A DNA stretch of 64,000 nt from an uncultured delta proteobacterium (GTDB lineage: Bacteria; Desulfobacterota; WTBG01): NCBI GenBank assembly GCA_963793865.1, contig CAWCBP010000004.1, positions 192,001-256,000 of the forward strand, in the 5' to 3' direction. The notes beneath the pieces were generated by a model. The model was not told the DNA's origin and did not search any database. It worked only from the letters and a program-made list of their open reading frames with translations. A program made the position numbers and the translations under genes. Shown one piece after another: positions 1-8,849 of this stretch (position 1 is its first letter; the number at the start of each line of letters is the position of its first letter).

Positions 1-78
1 CCAGGGCAGAGGCATAGCATCATTGAAAGCATTGATGCAGTGAAATACGGTTATTTTGAGCTTGAAGTTTTTATACAT
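1..78 (-). CDS. Partial ORF (N-terminus only, runs off window); possibly an MvhD-like hydrogenase iron-sulfur subunit
   Basis: Manual translation from ATG at 78 gives MYKNFKLKITVFHCINAFNDAMPLPW, loosely resembling the F-x-P-K-I-x-x-F-x-C start of MvhD-type proteins; only 26 codons are visible. Confidence 0.3.
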   Translation of the reverse strand, partial: MYKNFKLKITVFHCINAFNDAMPLPW

Positions 79-303
79 AGCTCATCATTGACTACAGACA
101 CTGTTGGGGTTCAAACCCATTATTAGTAGTGAAGCAATCTTGTCTTAAAGCCGCAGATAAGATTGCTTCACTTAAAGATCTGCTTTGATCATGGGAAGAT
201 TCTCATGCAATTACATGATACGGCTTTTTAACAGTACATTACTAGCCTATTGTCACCCCCCCTGTCAATAGCCAGTGGAGTTTACAGCAGTTTTCATAAA
301 CCA

Positions 304-1635
304 TTATAAAATTGAGAGGTAGCGATCCAGCTCATAATTGGTAACTTGGACGCGAAACTTGTCCCATTCGATCTTTTTATTTTCAATGAAATTCTCAAAC
401 ACGTGATCTCCCAGGCATTCCTTGAGCAGAGTGCTTTTTTCAGCAACTTTAATCGCCTCCCAGAGGTCCTCCGGCAGCGTTCCGATCTTTAACCGCGTCC
501 GCTTCTCGGGGGTCATTTCATAGACGTTTTCCTCGATGGGCGGGGGCGGGGTCAGCTTCTTCTCAATGCCGTCAAGTCCCGCTGCCAGCATGACGGAAAA
601 GGCCAAATAGGGATTGCAGGCGGGGTCGGGGGACCGGTACTCCAGCCTGGTCGCCTTTTCCTTGCCCGGTTTATAGACCGGTATGCGGATGAGGTCCGAT
701 CTGTTTCTCTGTGCCCAGGAGATATACACGGGCGCCTCATAGCCCGGCACCAGACGCTTATAGGAGTTCACCCACTGACTGGTAACCAGGGTCATCTCCC
801 GGGCGTGCATGAGCAGGCCTGCCAGATAACTTCTCCCCACTGCGGAAAGATGATACCTGTCCTCGGCATCAAAAAAAGCATTGGTATCCCCCTTGAACAG
901 AGACTGGTGCACATGCATGCCGCTTCCATTTTCACCGAACATCGGCTTGGGCATGAAGGTGGCATACACCCCGTGTTTCATGGCGATTTCCTTAACCACC
1001 AGCCGGTAGGTCATGGCGCTGTCAGCCATGGTGAGGGCGTCCGCGTAGCGCAGATCAATTTCATGCTGGCTGGATGCCACTTCATGATGGCTGTATTCCA
1101 CGGGTATGCCCATCTCTTCCAGGGTGAGCACGGTTTCCCTGCGCAGGTCGCTTGCCACGTCAAGCGGGGTTAAATCAAAGTAGCCGCCGCGATCCAGCAC
1201 CTGGGGCGCGCCTTCGGCGCTCTTGAAATAAAAAAATTCCAGCTCCGGACCGACGTAAAAGGTGTACCCCTTTTCAGCCGCCTTCTTCAAATTTCTTTTC
1301 AGCACCCACCTCGGGTCGCCCTTATAGGGCGTGCCGTCAGGCTCAACCACATCGCAGAACATGCGGGCTACCGCTTTCTCCTTCGGCCTCCAGGGCAGGA
1401 TGGCAAAGGTATTTGGATCAGGCATGGCCACCATGTCGCTTTCGTCAATGCGCGCAAACCCCTGAATGGAAGAGCCGTCGAACCCCATGCCTTCATTGAG
1501 CGCACCCTCAAGTTCATAAGGGGTAATTGAAAAGCTCTTCAGGAATCCCAGTATGTCGGTAAACCAGAGCCTGATAAACCCCACATCCCGTTCCTTGACC
1601 ATCTTCAACACATACTCTTTATCTTTCTTTTCCAT
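304..1635 (-). CDS. glnA: Glutamine synthetase type I
   Basis: Motifs FDGSSIQGF, GPELEFF, HHEVA, FMPKP, NGSGMHVH, NSYKRLVPGYEAP, RLEYRSPDP; GGAGG SD 7 nt before ATG at 1635. Confidence 0.97.
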   Translation of the reverse strand: MEKKDKEYVLKMVKERDVGFIRLWFTDILGFLKSFSITPYELEGALNEGMGFDGSSIQGFARIDESDMVAMPDPNTFAILPWRPKEKAVARMFCDVVEPDGTPYKGDPRWVLKRNLKKAAEKGYTFYVGPELEFFYFKSAEGAPQVLDRGGYFDLTPLDVASDLRRETVLTLEEMGIPVEYSHHEVASSQHEIDLRYADALTMADSAMTYRLVVKEIAMKHGVYATFMPKPMFGENGSGMHVHQSLFKGDTNAFFDAEDRYHLSAVGRSYLAGLLMHAREMTLVTSQWVNSYKRLVPGYEAPVYISWAQRNRSDLIRIPVYKPGKEKATRLEYRSPDPACNPYLAFSVMLAAGLDGIEKKLTPPPPIEENVYEMTPEKRTRLKIGTLPEDLWEAIKVAEKSTLLKECLGDHVFENFIENKKIEWDKFRVQVTNYELDRYLSIL

Positions 1636-1690
1636 CTTCAATCCTCCTTTGCCGTCGTTTTAATGAGTGCTCCATCCATCCAACTGTTGC

Positions 1691-1704
1691 GGAAATATAT
1701 ATCC
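1691..1704. promoter_or_regulatory. Candidate NrpR operator upstream of glnA (GGAA-N6-ATCC)
   Basis: GGAAATATATATCC is one mismatch from the methanococcal NrpR operator GGAA-N6-TTCC; an nrpR gene lies 1.7 kb away. Confidence 0.45.
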
Positions 1705-1733
1705 CATAATTATTTCGGGATCATTTCTGCAGT

Positions 1734-1749
1734 GTAAATTCTTTGTAAA
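1734..1749. promoter_or_regulatory. Candidate GlnR/OmpR-type direct-repeat box upstream of glnA
   Basis: GTAAA-N6-GTAAA (TTTAC-N6-TTTAC on the glnA strand), 11-bp period typical of OmpR-family sites and similar to the actinobacterial GlnR box. Confidence 0.4.
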
Positions 1750-1802
1750 CTCTCAGCCAACCCGGCAAAGGCACCAAACGCTGCCGCGTATTGAAGCACC
1801 AT

Positions 1803-1837
1803 GTAAAAAGGCCAAGAAATACTCCTGACCTTTTTAC
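1803..1837 (-). terminator. Probable intrinsic terminator after gdhA
   Basis: Minus strand GTAAAAAGGTCAGGA-gtatt-TCTTGGCCTTTTTAC forms a stem with G-U pairs and a U tail. Confidence 0.65.
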
Positions 1838-1875
1838 CAGCACTCAATTTACCATATTAAAAACAAGTGGTTATG

Positions 1876-3123
1876 CTACACCCAGCCCCGCAATCTGCAT
1901 GCCTCGGCAACCCGGGCGACCGAAACCAGGTACGCGGCCTGGCGCATGTTGATCTTCTCTCTCTGGCTCATGGCATAGACGCTCTGGAAGGCCTTGGTCA
2001 TCTTGACATCGAGCTTTTGATGAATCTCGTCGAGCTCCCAGTAATAATTGTAGGTGTTCTGTACCTGCTCAAAGTATGAAACCGTGACACCGCCGGCATT
2101 GGCCAGAAAATCCGGGAGAACAAACACCTTGTTCTGGTAGAGAATATCATCCGCTTCCGGTGTCGTGGGGCCATTGGCAAGCTCGCAGAGGATCTTGCAT
2201 TTAATCTCACCGGCGTTCCGCTCGGTGATAACCTGCTCCAGGGCGGAGGGGAAAAGAACGGCAACCTTCAGCTTAAGGAGCTCCTCATTGCTTATGGGCT
2301 CGGTATTGGGAAACCCCTGGAGCGTATCGTTCTGCAGCTTATACTTTACCAGTGCCTGGGGATTGATGCCCTTATCGCTGTAAATGCCGCCCTTGGAGTC
2401 TGACGCGGCAATCAGCTTGAGGCCGAGCAGTTCATTCCCGAGCGTTGCAGCATATTGACCGGCATTTCCGAAACCCTGGATGGCCATGGTCTCGCCTTTG
2501 AGGTCAAGATTCAGGCGCATTGCCGCCTCCCTGGTGACGGCCATGCCGCCGCGGGACGTCGCATCGCCGCGCCCTTCAGAACCGCCGACCGGTAGCGGTT
2601 TGCCGGTAATGACGCAGGGATGGTGCTCGCCTTTCAGCGTCTCATACTCATCCATCATCCACGCCATGATCTGCGGGGTGGTATAGACATCGGGCGCGGG
2701 CACGTCTTTGGTCACGCCCAGGTTCTGCCATATGGCACGAATGTATGCTCGCGCCAGCCGCTCTTTTTCATTGTCGGACAGCTCTTTCGGATTGCAGGTA
2801 ACGCCTCCTTTACCGCCTCCCAGGGGAAGATCAACCACCGATGTTTTCCAGGTCATCCAGGCACTCAGGGCGCGAACCGTATCCAGGGTTTCATCCGGGT
2901 GCCAGCGCAATCCGCCCTTGGCCGGACCGCGCGCGGTGTTGTACTGAACCCGGTAGCCATGAAATATCCTGGTGGATCCGTCATCCATCCGTACCGGAAG
3001 GGTCACCTTAATTTCCTTCATGGGCCAGCGCAGGAATTCATGCACCGATTTTTCCAGCCCCAGTTTTTCCGCGGCCGCGTCTAATTGTTGTTGTGCCATT
3101 GCAAACGGGTTAGTTTTTGCCAT
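1876..3123 (-). CDS. gdhA: Glutamate dehydrogenase (Glu/Leu/Phe/Val dehydrogenase family)
   Basis: GPAKGGLRWHP, MTWKT, LPLGGGKGG, DVPAPDV, ITGKP, QGFGNAG, ELANGPTT, PDFLANAGGVTVSYFE; GGGAGGT SD. Confidence 0.95.
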   Translation of the reverse strand: MAKTNPFAMAQQQLDAAAEKLGLEKSVHEFLRWPMKEIKVTLPVRMDDGSTRIFHGYRVQYNTARGPAKGGLRWHPDETLDTVRALSAWMTWKTSVVDLPLGGGKGGVTCNPKELSDNEKERLARAYIRAIWQNLGVTKDVPAPDVYTTPQIMAWMMDEYETLKGEHHPCVITGKPLPVGGSEGRGDATSRGGMAVTREAAMRLNLDLKGETMAIQGFGNAGQYAATLGNELLGLKLIAASDSKGGIYSDKGINPQALVKYKLQNDTLQGFPNTEPISNEELLKLKVAVLFPSALEQVITERNAGEIKCKILCELANGPTTPEADDILYQNKVFVLPDFLANAGGVTVSYFEQVQNTYNYYWELDEIHQKLDVKMTKAFQSVYAMSQREKINMRQAAYLVSVARVAEACRLRGWV

Positions 3124-3178
3124 AAATCGTACCTCCCTTTTGATTAAAACTTTTGATCAATAGTTTAAACCTTGTATC

Positions 3179-3192
3179 GGCAATACCTTGCC
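3179..3192. promoter_or_regulatory. Palindrome GGCAA-N4-TTGCC in the gdhA leader
   Basis: GGCAATACCTTGCC lies downstream of the predicted gdhA -10 box; a related copy is at 3300-3313. Confidence 0.5.
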
Positions 3193-3212
3193 TATATACA
3201 AAACGGATGGAA

Positions 3213-3241
3213 TTTTTATCATTAATTCGATTATCTGTCAA
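3213..3241 (-). promoter_or_regulatory. Predicted sigma70 promoter of gdhA
   Basis: Minus strand TTGACA-17 nt-TAAAAA with a TG extension. Confidence 0.55.
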
Positions 3242-3299
3242 TATATAAAAATTTTTTATAATTATTTTTTTTGCCCCTGATAATCTATTACTTAAAACA

Positions 3300-3346
3300 A
3301 GGCAATTTTGCCTATATGGTTGACAATTTGGATTTTTTGATATAAG
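3300..3346 (+). promoter_or_regulatory. Palindrome AGGCAATTTTGCCT plus predicted nrpR promoter
   Basis: Near-perfect palindrome 3300-3313 just upstream of TTGACA (3320-3325) and TGaTATAAG (3338-3346; 15-nt spacer is suboptimal). Confidence 0.45.
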
Positions 3347-3368
3347 AAGGCTCCGTAGTCAAGGAGGT

Positions 3369-4370
3369 ATGGCAGTGGATAAAATGTCCCAAAGAAAAAT
3401 AAGCATGTCAATTCTCAATACCCTGCAATCTGCCGGCAAGACCCTGGGAGCCACCAGGATTGCAAAGAAATTAGAAGATTTCGGGGTTGATCTCAGCCAG
3501 AGAACCGTCCGGTACTATCTCCAAAAACTGGATCAGGAGGGCCTTACCCATAATTTTGGGAAAAGGGGAAGAAAGATAACCGCGAAAGGCGAATCCGAGC
3601 TTAAAACCGCCTTTGTCATTGAAAAGGTGGGATTCGTATCGGCAAAAATTGATACCCTGACCTATCAAATGAATTTTCTCTATAAAAAATCAAGGGGAGA
3701 TGTTATCGTCAACATATCTTCCATCGAAAAGGAGTACTGTGCCAAAGCGCTCCAGCAGATACAATTGGTCTATAGAGCTGCCCTGGGCATGGGAACACTG
3801 GTGGCATTAGGACGCCCCGGGGAAAAAATCGGAAGCATAGCCATGGAAGAAAACCGGGTGGGCATCGGTACCGTTTGCAGTGTCACCATCAACGGGATAT
3901 TGTTAAAGGAAGGCATCCATGCCACATCCCGCTTCGGGGGCCTTCTGGAGCTGGTAAACGGACGCCCGTTCCGTTTCACTGAAATCATCGCCTATGATGG
4001 TTCCTCCATCGATCCGCTGGAAATTTTTATCAAGGGCGGCATGACCAGCGTCCGCCAGGCGGCGATAACCGGCAATGGCAGGATCGGCGCCAGCTTTAGG
4101 GAAATTCCCTCCATAGCCATCTCGAAAGTTGAAACAATAAAAAACAGAATGGACAAGATGGGATTGGGCGGCATTTTAATGATCGGCAAACCCGGCCGTC
4201 CGCTTCTCGACATACCGGTATCGGAGGGAAGGGTGGGCATGGTTGTTGCCGGCGGATTAAACCCCATAGCGGCGGTGGAAGAATCAGGCATTGCCACCGA
4301 GAATACCGCCATGAAGGGGCTGCTCGAATTCAACCGGCTGATTCCATACTGGGAATTAACCGCGCCGTAA
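3369..4370 (+). CDS. nrpR: NrpR-family nitrogen repressor (winged HTH plus one NrpR regulatory domain, DUF128)
   Basis: N-terminal wHTH (GATRIAKKL..LSQRTVRYYLQKLDQEGLT..GRKITAKG) and NRD motifs TVCSVTINGILL, RFTEIIAYDGSSIDPLEIF, ASFREIP, GGLNPIAA; true start may be GTG 3375. Confidence 0.88.
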   Translation: MAVDKMSQRKISMSILNTLQSAGKTLGATRIAKKLEDFGVDLSQRTVRYYLQKLDQEGLTHNFGKRGRKITAKGESELKTAFVIEKVGFVSAKIDTLTYQMNFLYKKSRGDVIVNISSIEKEYCAKALQQIQLVYRAALGMGTLVALGRPGEKIGSIAMEENRVGIGTVCSVTINGILLKEGIHATSRFGGLLELVNGRPFRFTEIIAYDGSSIDPLEIFIKGGMTSVRQAAITGNGRIGASFREIPSIAISKVETIKNRMDKMGLGGILMIGKPGRPLLDIPVSEGRVGMVVAGGLNPIAAVEESGIATENTAMKGLLEFNRLIPYWELTAP

Positions 4371-4409
4371 GGCTGTTATCTGTTTCAGGCGTGACAGGAT
4401 GTAATCAAT

Positions 4410-7041
4410 ATGAGCAAAATTCAGGGGGAGCAGGACATGGAGACGTATACGGTTGATCCCAGCACCGGTGTTCCGGTTATCGATGAACTGGTCGGCCGCC
4501 TGCGATGGGGCGACAATGTGGTGTGGCAGGTTACCACCGCCCTGGAATATTCCTGGCTGGTGGGCCCCTTTGTTGAAGACGCGGCCGCCAGGAATATTGA
4601 GCTGGTCTATATCAACTTTGACACCTACAGCATTCCGGTGATCACCCCTCACTGCAAGGTGGTCTCCATCGATCCCACCCAGGGTTTCGAATACTTCTAC
4701 CGGTCCGTACGCGAGGTGATGGAAGAACATGGCAAGCGTCTGTACTATGTCTTCGATAATATCTCCATCCTGGCACGGCAATGGGGAAGCGATGAGTCGC
4801 TGGCCAATTTCTTCCGCACCGCCTGCCCCCGCCTGTTCGAGCTCGACACCATCGCTTATTTCTGCATGCTCCGGGGGAGCCACAACAATCAGACTATCGG
4901 CCGCATCGGGGACACCACCCAGTTATTAATCGATTTCTACGTGCAAAACGGCCAGTCCTTCATTCGTCCCATCAAGGTGTGGGAACGCTATTCGCCCACC
5001 ATGTTTGACACCCACATGATGATCTCTCCGGTCGGGAAGGCCCCGGAAGGTCCCTGGGAGGGGATCGAGCGGGTCTCCCAGATGCGTGATGACCAGGGCC
5101 CGCCCAAAGTCAGAGTACCTGCAGCCCATTGAAACCCTGCTGCGGCATCTTAAAAGCCGCTCCTGCTGGTCGCCGGCCAACTGCGAAGCCCTGCGCATGG
5201 AACTGATCAAGACCGTGATCAGCCAGCGCTCCGAGTACTTTGCCATCGCCAGAAAATATTTTTCCCTGGAGGACATCGAAAATATCCATGAGCGGCTGGT
5301 GGGTTCGGGCAGGATCGGCGGAAAGGCCGCCGGGATGCTGCTTGCCCGGAAGATGCTTGAGCTGGCTTCTGAAAAGGACATGCCCGAGCTTAAGGAGATG
5401 CTCCTGGACCACGATTCATACTACATCGGCACGGACGTGTTCTTTGAATTTCTGCTGGATAACGACCTGCTCTACCTTCTCAGCCAGCAGTACAAAAACC
5501 GGGATGAAATCGTATCCGAGTATCCCAAAATACGAACCCATTTTCTGGCCGGCTCGTTCCGGCCGGAAACACTGAACCAACTTCGCAAGGTATTGGAACA
5601 TTTTGGCACGCAGCCGGTGATTGTCCGCTCCTCGAGCCTGCTGGAGGACAACTTCGGGTACGCGTTTGCCGGCAAGTATGAGAGCGTGTTCTGCACCAAC
5701 CAGGGTGACTTTGAGGACCGCTTTCACGATTTCCTGAATGCCATCAAGATGGTGTACAGCAGCGTCCTGCGGCCCGACGCCCTGCTCTACCGGATCAAGC
5801 ACAAGCTGATTTATACCGATGAACAAATGGCCATCCTGGTGATGCGGGTGGAGGGAAGGCGGGTGGAGGACAAATTGATGCCCATGATCGCGGGCGTGGG
5901 CTTTTCCCGGAATTTTCATCCCTGGTCGCCGCGCATTAATACCAACCAGGGTCTTTTGCGCATCGTGTTCGGCATGGGCACGCGCGCCGTTGACCGGGTG
6001 GGAAATGACTATCCGCGCATGATTGCGCTCAGTCATCCCCGGCTGCGCCCCGTGCTCTACGAATCGGAAATCAGGCACTATTCACAGCACTCAGTCGATG
6101 TGGTGGACCTTCCGTCAAACCAGTTTAAAACCCTGGATTTAAGCGAGGTATTTGAGGGAGAGGACCTTCCGGTGTATCAGTATATCTTTTCAGTGTTTAA
6201 TGAGGACGTCATCAGTGAAGCTTTAAGCTTCATGCATTTGAAGGACTCAAAAAACCGCATCATTACCTTTAACAGCCTGATCAACAAGACATCCTTCACC
6301 TCCATCATGGATAAAATCCTGCGCAAGCTGGAAGAGGGCTACGGCATCCCGGTTGACATCGAATTTGTGGCCGATCTGGATCAAGGAGGAAAGGTGAAGC
6401 TTAACCTCTTGCAGTGCAGGCCGTTAAGCGAGGTGCGCGATCAGGAAAACATAGCGTTTCCGGAACAGATTGATCCCGGCGATGTCATTTTCCAGACGGA
6501 CAGCTGCGTGAATACCGCTGAGGTTGATGCTGTTGGCTATCTTGTGTATGTCGATACCGACGGCTATCATGAACTGCCGGAGCGGGACAAATACCAGGTG
6601 GGCCGCGCCATAGGCCAGATAAACAGCCTCATGGATGCCGCTGACGAGCGGTATATTCTGGTGGGCCCGGGCCGCTGGGGAAGCAGCAACATCGACCTGG
6701 GTGTAAACGTGAGTTACGCCGACATTGACAATGCGGCGGCCATTGTTGAAGTGGCCAAGAACTCGGAAGGATATGTTCCGGAGGTATCCTACGGCACCCA
6801 CTTCTTTCAGGACCTGGTGGAGGACCGCATTTACTATTTGGCGGTCTATCCCGGGCTGGACCGGAATTTCCTCAACGAAGACTTTTTGGGCACTGCCCCC
6901 AACCTGCTGGAGACAATGGCTCCCGAGCATCAAAAGCTTGCCGCCATCATCCGGGTAATAAGAGCGGACGGCGGCGGCAACGGGTTTCGATTGGTCATGC
7001 ACCGGCAAAAAGGACGGGCGGTCTGTTACCGCGTTTCCTGA
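4410..7041 (+). CDS. PEP/pyruvate-binding (PPDK_N, ATP-grasp) domain protein with N-terminal KaiC/RecA-like domain; split at ~5090 by a probable frameshift
   Basis: ORF 4410-5132 has STGVPVIDEL..LRWGDNVVWQV and YVFDNIS; overlapping ORF 5086-7041 has IGGKAAG, VRSSSLLED, FAGKYES, GMGTRAV, DIEF, LLQCRP, GPGRWGS, SYGTHFFQDL; no pyruvate-binding TIM barrel. Confidence 0.8.
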
Positions 7042-7063
7042 TGGAAAGCCGGTCATCGCGCGG

Positions 7064-7744
7064 TCAAGATTTATCTCCCGCGAACGAATAGCCGACGTTG
7101 CGCACGGTTTGAATTAAATCGCTGTAATCCCCCCCCAGCTTGCTGCGCAACCGCTGGATGTGTATGTCGACGGTCCGGGTGCCCGCGTAATTGTCATATC
7201 CCCAGACCTTGTCCAGAAGCGCCTCCCGGGTAAAAACCTTCCCCCGGTTGAGCAGCAGGCACTTCAGCAGCTCGTACTCTTTATAGGTGAGATAGATCCT
7301 CTTCCCCTGAATGGCCACTTCATAGCTGTTGAGATCGAGAATCAGCTCATCGATCTTTATCACCTGCCCGGCATCCAGCCCGCTCTTATGCCAGAGCAGC
7401 TGCCTGATCCTCACCAGGACCTCGAAGGGCTCTTCTTTTTTCACCGCGAAATCATCGAAGGCAAGGGGAAATCTGATTTCCTTCATCATCTCCGGCGAGA
7501 TGACGATGATGCTGGAAACATCCTTTCCGCCCAGCTCGTCCCGCATGCTTTTGTATGTTTCAATCCCCTGAGCCTTCCAGGATTCAAGGTCGGCAATGAG
7601 CAGGTCCACCCTTTGTGCGAAAAACTGATCGACCGCTTCTTCGACGGTGCGCGCGGAAGAAAGGTGAAAGCCCTCCTCCCGCAAAAGGGAATCAAGGGCC
7701 TTCATGTAATCTTCATCCTGGCTTACGATGAGTATATTCTGCAC
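7064..7744 (-). CDS. OmpR/PhoB-family response regulator with atypical receiver, GlnR-like
   Basis: C-terminal LTYKEYELL..VFTREALLDKVWGYD..GTRTVDIHIQRLRSKLG..LIQTVRNVGYSF; receiver lacks the canonical acidic pair and KP motif; no adjacent kinase. Confidence 0.9.
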   Translation of the reverse strand: MQNILIVSQDEDYMKALDSLLREEGFHLSSARTVEEAVDQFFAQRVDLLIADLESWKAQGIETYKSMRDELGGKDVSSIIVISPEMMKEIRFPLAFDDFAVKKEEPFEVLVRIRQLLWHKSGLDAGQVIKIDELILDLNSYEVAIQGKRIYLTYKEYELLKCLLLNRGKVFTREALLDKVWGYDNYAGTRTVDIHIQRLRSKLGGDYSDLIQTVRNVGYSFAGDKS

Positions 7745-7760
7745 AGTGGTCCTTGCGACT

Positions 7761-8810
7761 CTATAAAAGCCCCTTCACCTTCAGGTACTCGGCGTTTAAA
7801 ATCGCCGCACCCGCGGCCCCCCTGACGGTGTTGTGGCTTAAAACGGTAAATTTGTAGTCGAACACCGGACACGGTCTCACCCTTCCCACCACGCAGGCCA
7901 TGCCGTTGCCCGCGTCCCGGTCATAGCGGGGCTGGGGCCGGTTGTCTTCATCCCTCACCAGGATGGGCCGGGGAGGAGAGAAGGGCAGATTCAATTCCCG
8001 CAGGGGATTGTACTCTTTAAGCGTCTGTATCATCTCATCCCGTGAGGGCTTCTTTTTCAATTCCAGGCTGACGGACTCAAGATGGCCGTCTTTCACCTGG
8101 ACGCGGTTACAGGAAGCGCTCACTTTTATTTCGGCAAAGGCAAACCTTCCTTTATCCAGTGTCCCCAGCAGCTTTAAGGTTTCTGATTCTATTTTCCCTT
8201 CCTCGCCCCCGATAAAGGGAACCACATTGTCGATGATGTCCAGGGAGGCAACGCCGGGGTAGCCGGCACCGCTCAGGGCCTGCATGGTGGTAACCATGAT
8301 TTTGCTCACGCCGTACTTTTTGTGCAGGGGCGCCACCGCCAGCACCAGCCCGATGGTTGAGCAATTGGGGTTGGTAACGATATACCCCCCGCTCTTGTTC
8401 TTCTTTTTCTGCGTTTCTATAATGGCGGTATGGTCGGCATTGACTTCGGGGATCAGCAGCGGAACATCTTCATCCATGCGGTGGTTCTTGGAGTTGCTGC
8501 TCACCACATAACCCGCCCGGGCAAACTCCTCCTCAATGGGGCCCGCGACACCGGCATCGAGCGCCGAAAATACAATCCTGCAGTCCAGGTCCGGCTTGCA
8601 TTCCTTCACCATCATCCCCGCCGCTGCCGGCGGAATGTCGCTTTCCAGCTTCCACTTGTCCGCCGCAGCCTCCCCATAGGTTCTGGCGGCGCTGCGCTCC
8701 GATGCCGCCAGCTCCGATATCTCAAACCAGGGATGGTTTTGCAGGAGCTGGATGAACCGCTGTCCCACCATGCCGGTGGCTCCCAATATACCTACCTTGA
8801 TCTTTTCCAC
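7761..8810 (-). CDS. asd: Aspartate-semialdehyde dehydrogenase (archaeal/fungal-like subtype)
   Basis: GATGMVGQRF, NPNCST, QALSGAGYPG, SHNTVRGAAG. Confidence 0.95.
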   Translation of the reverse strand: MEKIKVGILGATGMVGQRFIQLLQNHPWFEISELAASERSAARTYGEAAADKWKLESDIPPAAAGMMVKECKPDLDCRIVFSALDAGVAGPIEEEFARAGYVVSSNSKNHRMDEDVPLLIPEVNADHTAIIETQKKKNKSGGYIVTNPNCSTIGLVLAVAPLHKKYGVSKIMVTTMQALSGAGYPGVASLDIIDNVVPFIGGEEGKIESETLKLLGTLDKGRFAFAEIKVSASCNRVQVKDGHLESVSLELKKKPSRDEMIQTLKEYNPLRELNLPFSPPRPILVRDEDNRPQPRYDRDAGNGMACVVGRVRPCPVFDYKFTVLSHNTVRGAAGAAILNAEYLKVKGLL

Positions 8811-8849
8811 GCCGTAACTCCTCTTATAGTTCGTATGGCTGCCGGAAGG

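Noticed and set aside
245..273. Imperfect inverted repeat CTATTGTCA-C7-TGTCAATAG, possibly an IS end
   Set aside because: No partner end or transposase nearby; could equally be a terminator or operator
5086..7041. Annotation as ppsA (PEP synthase)
   Set aside because: Lacks the C-terminal PEP/pyruvate-binding barrel and the canonical swivel motif
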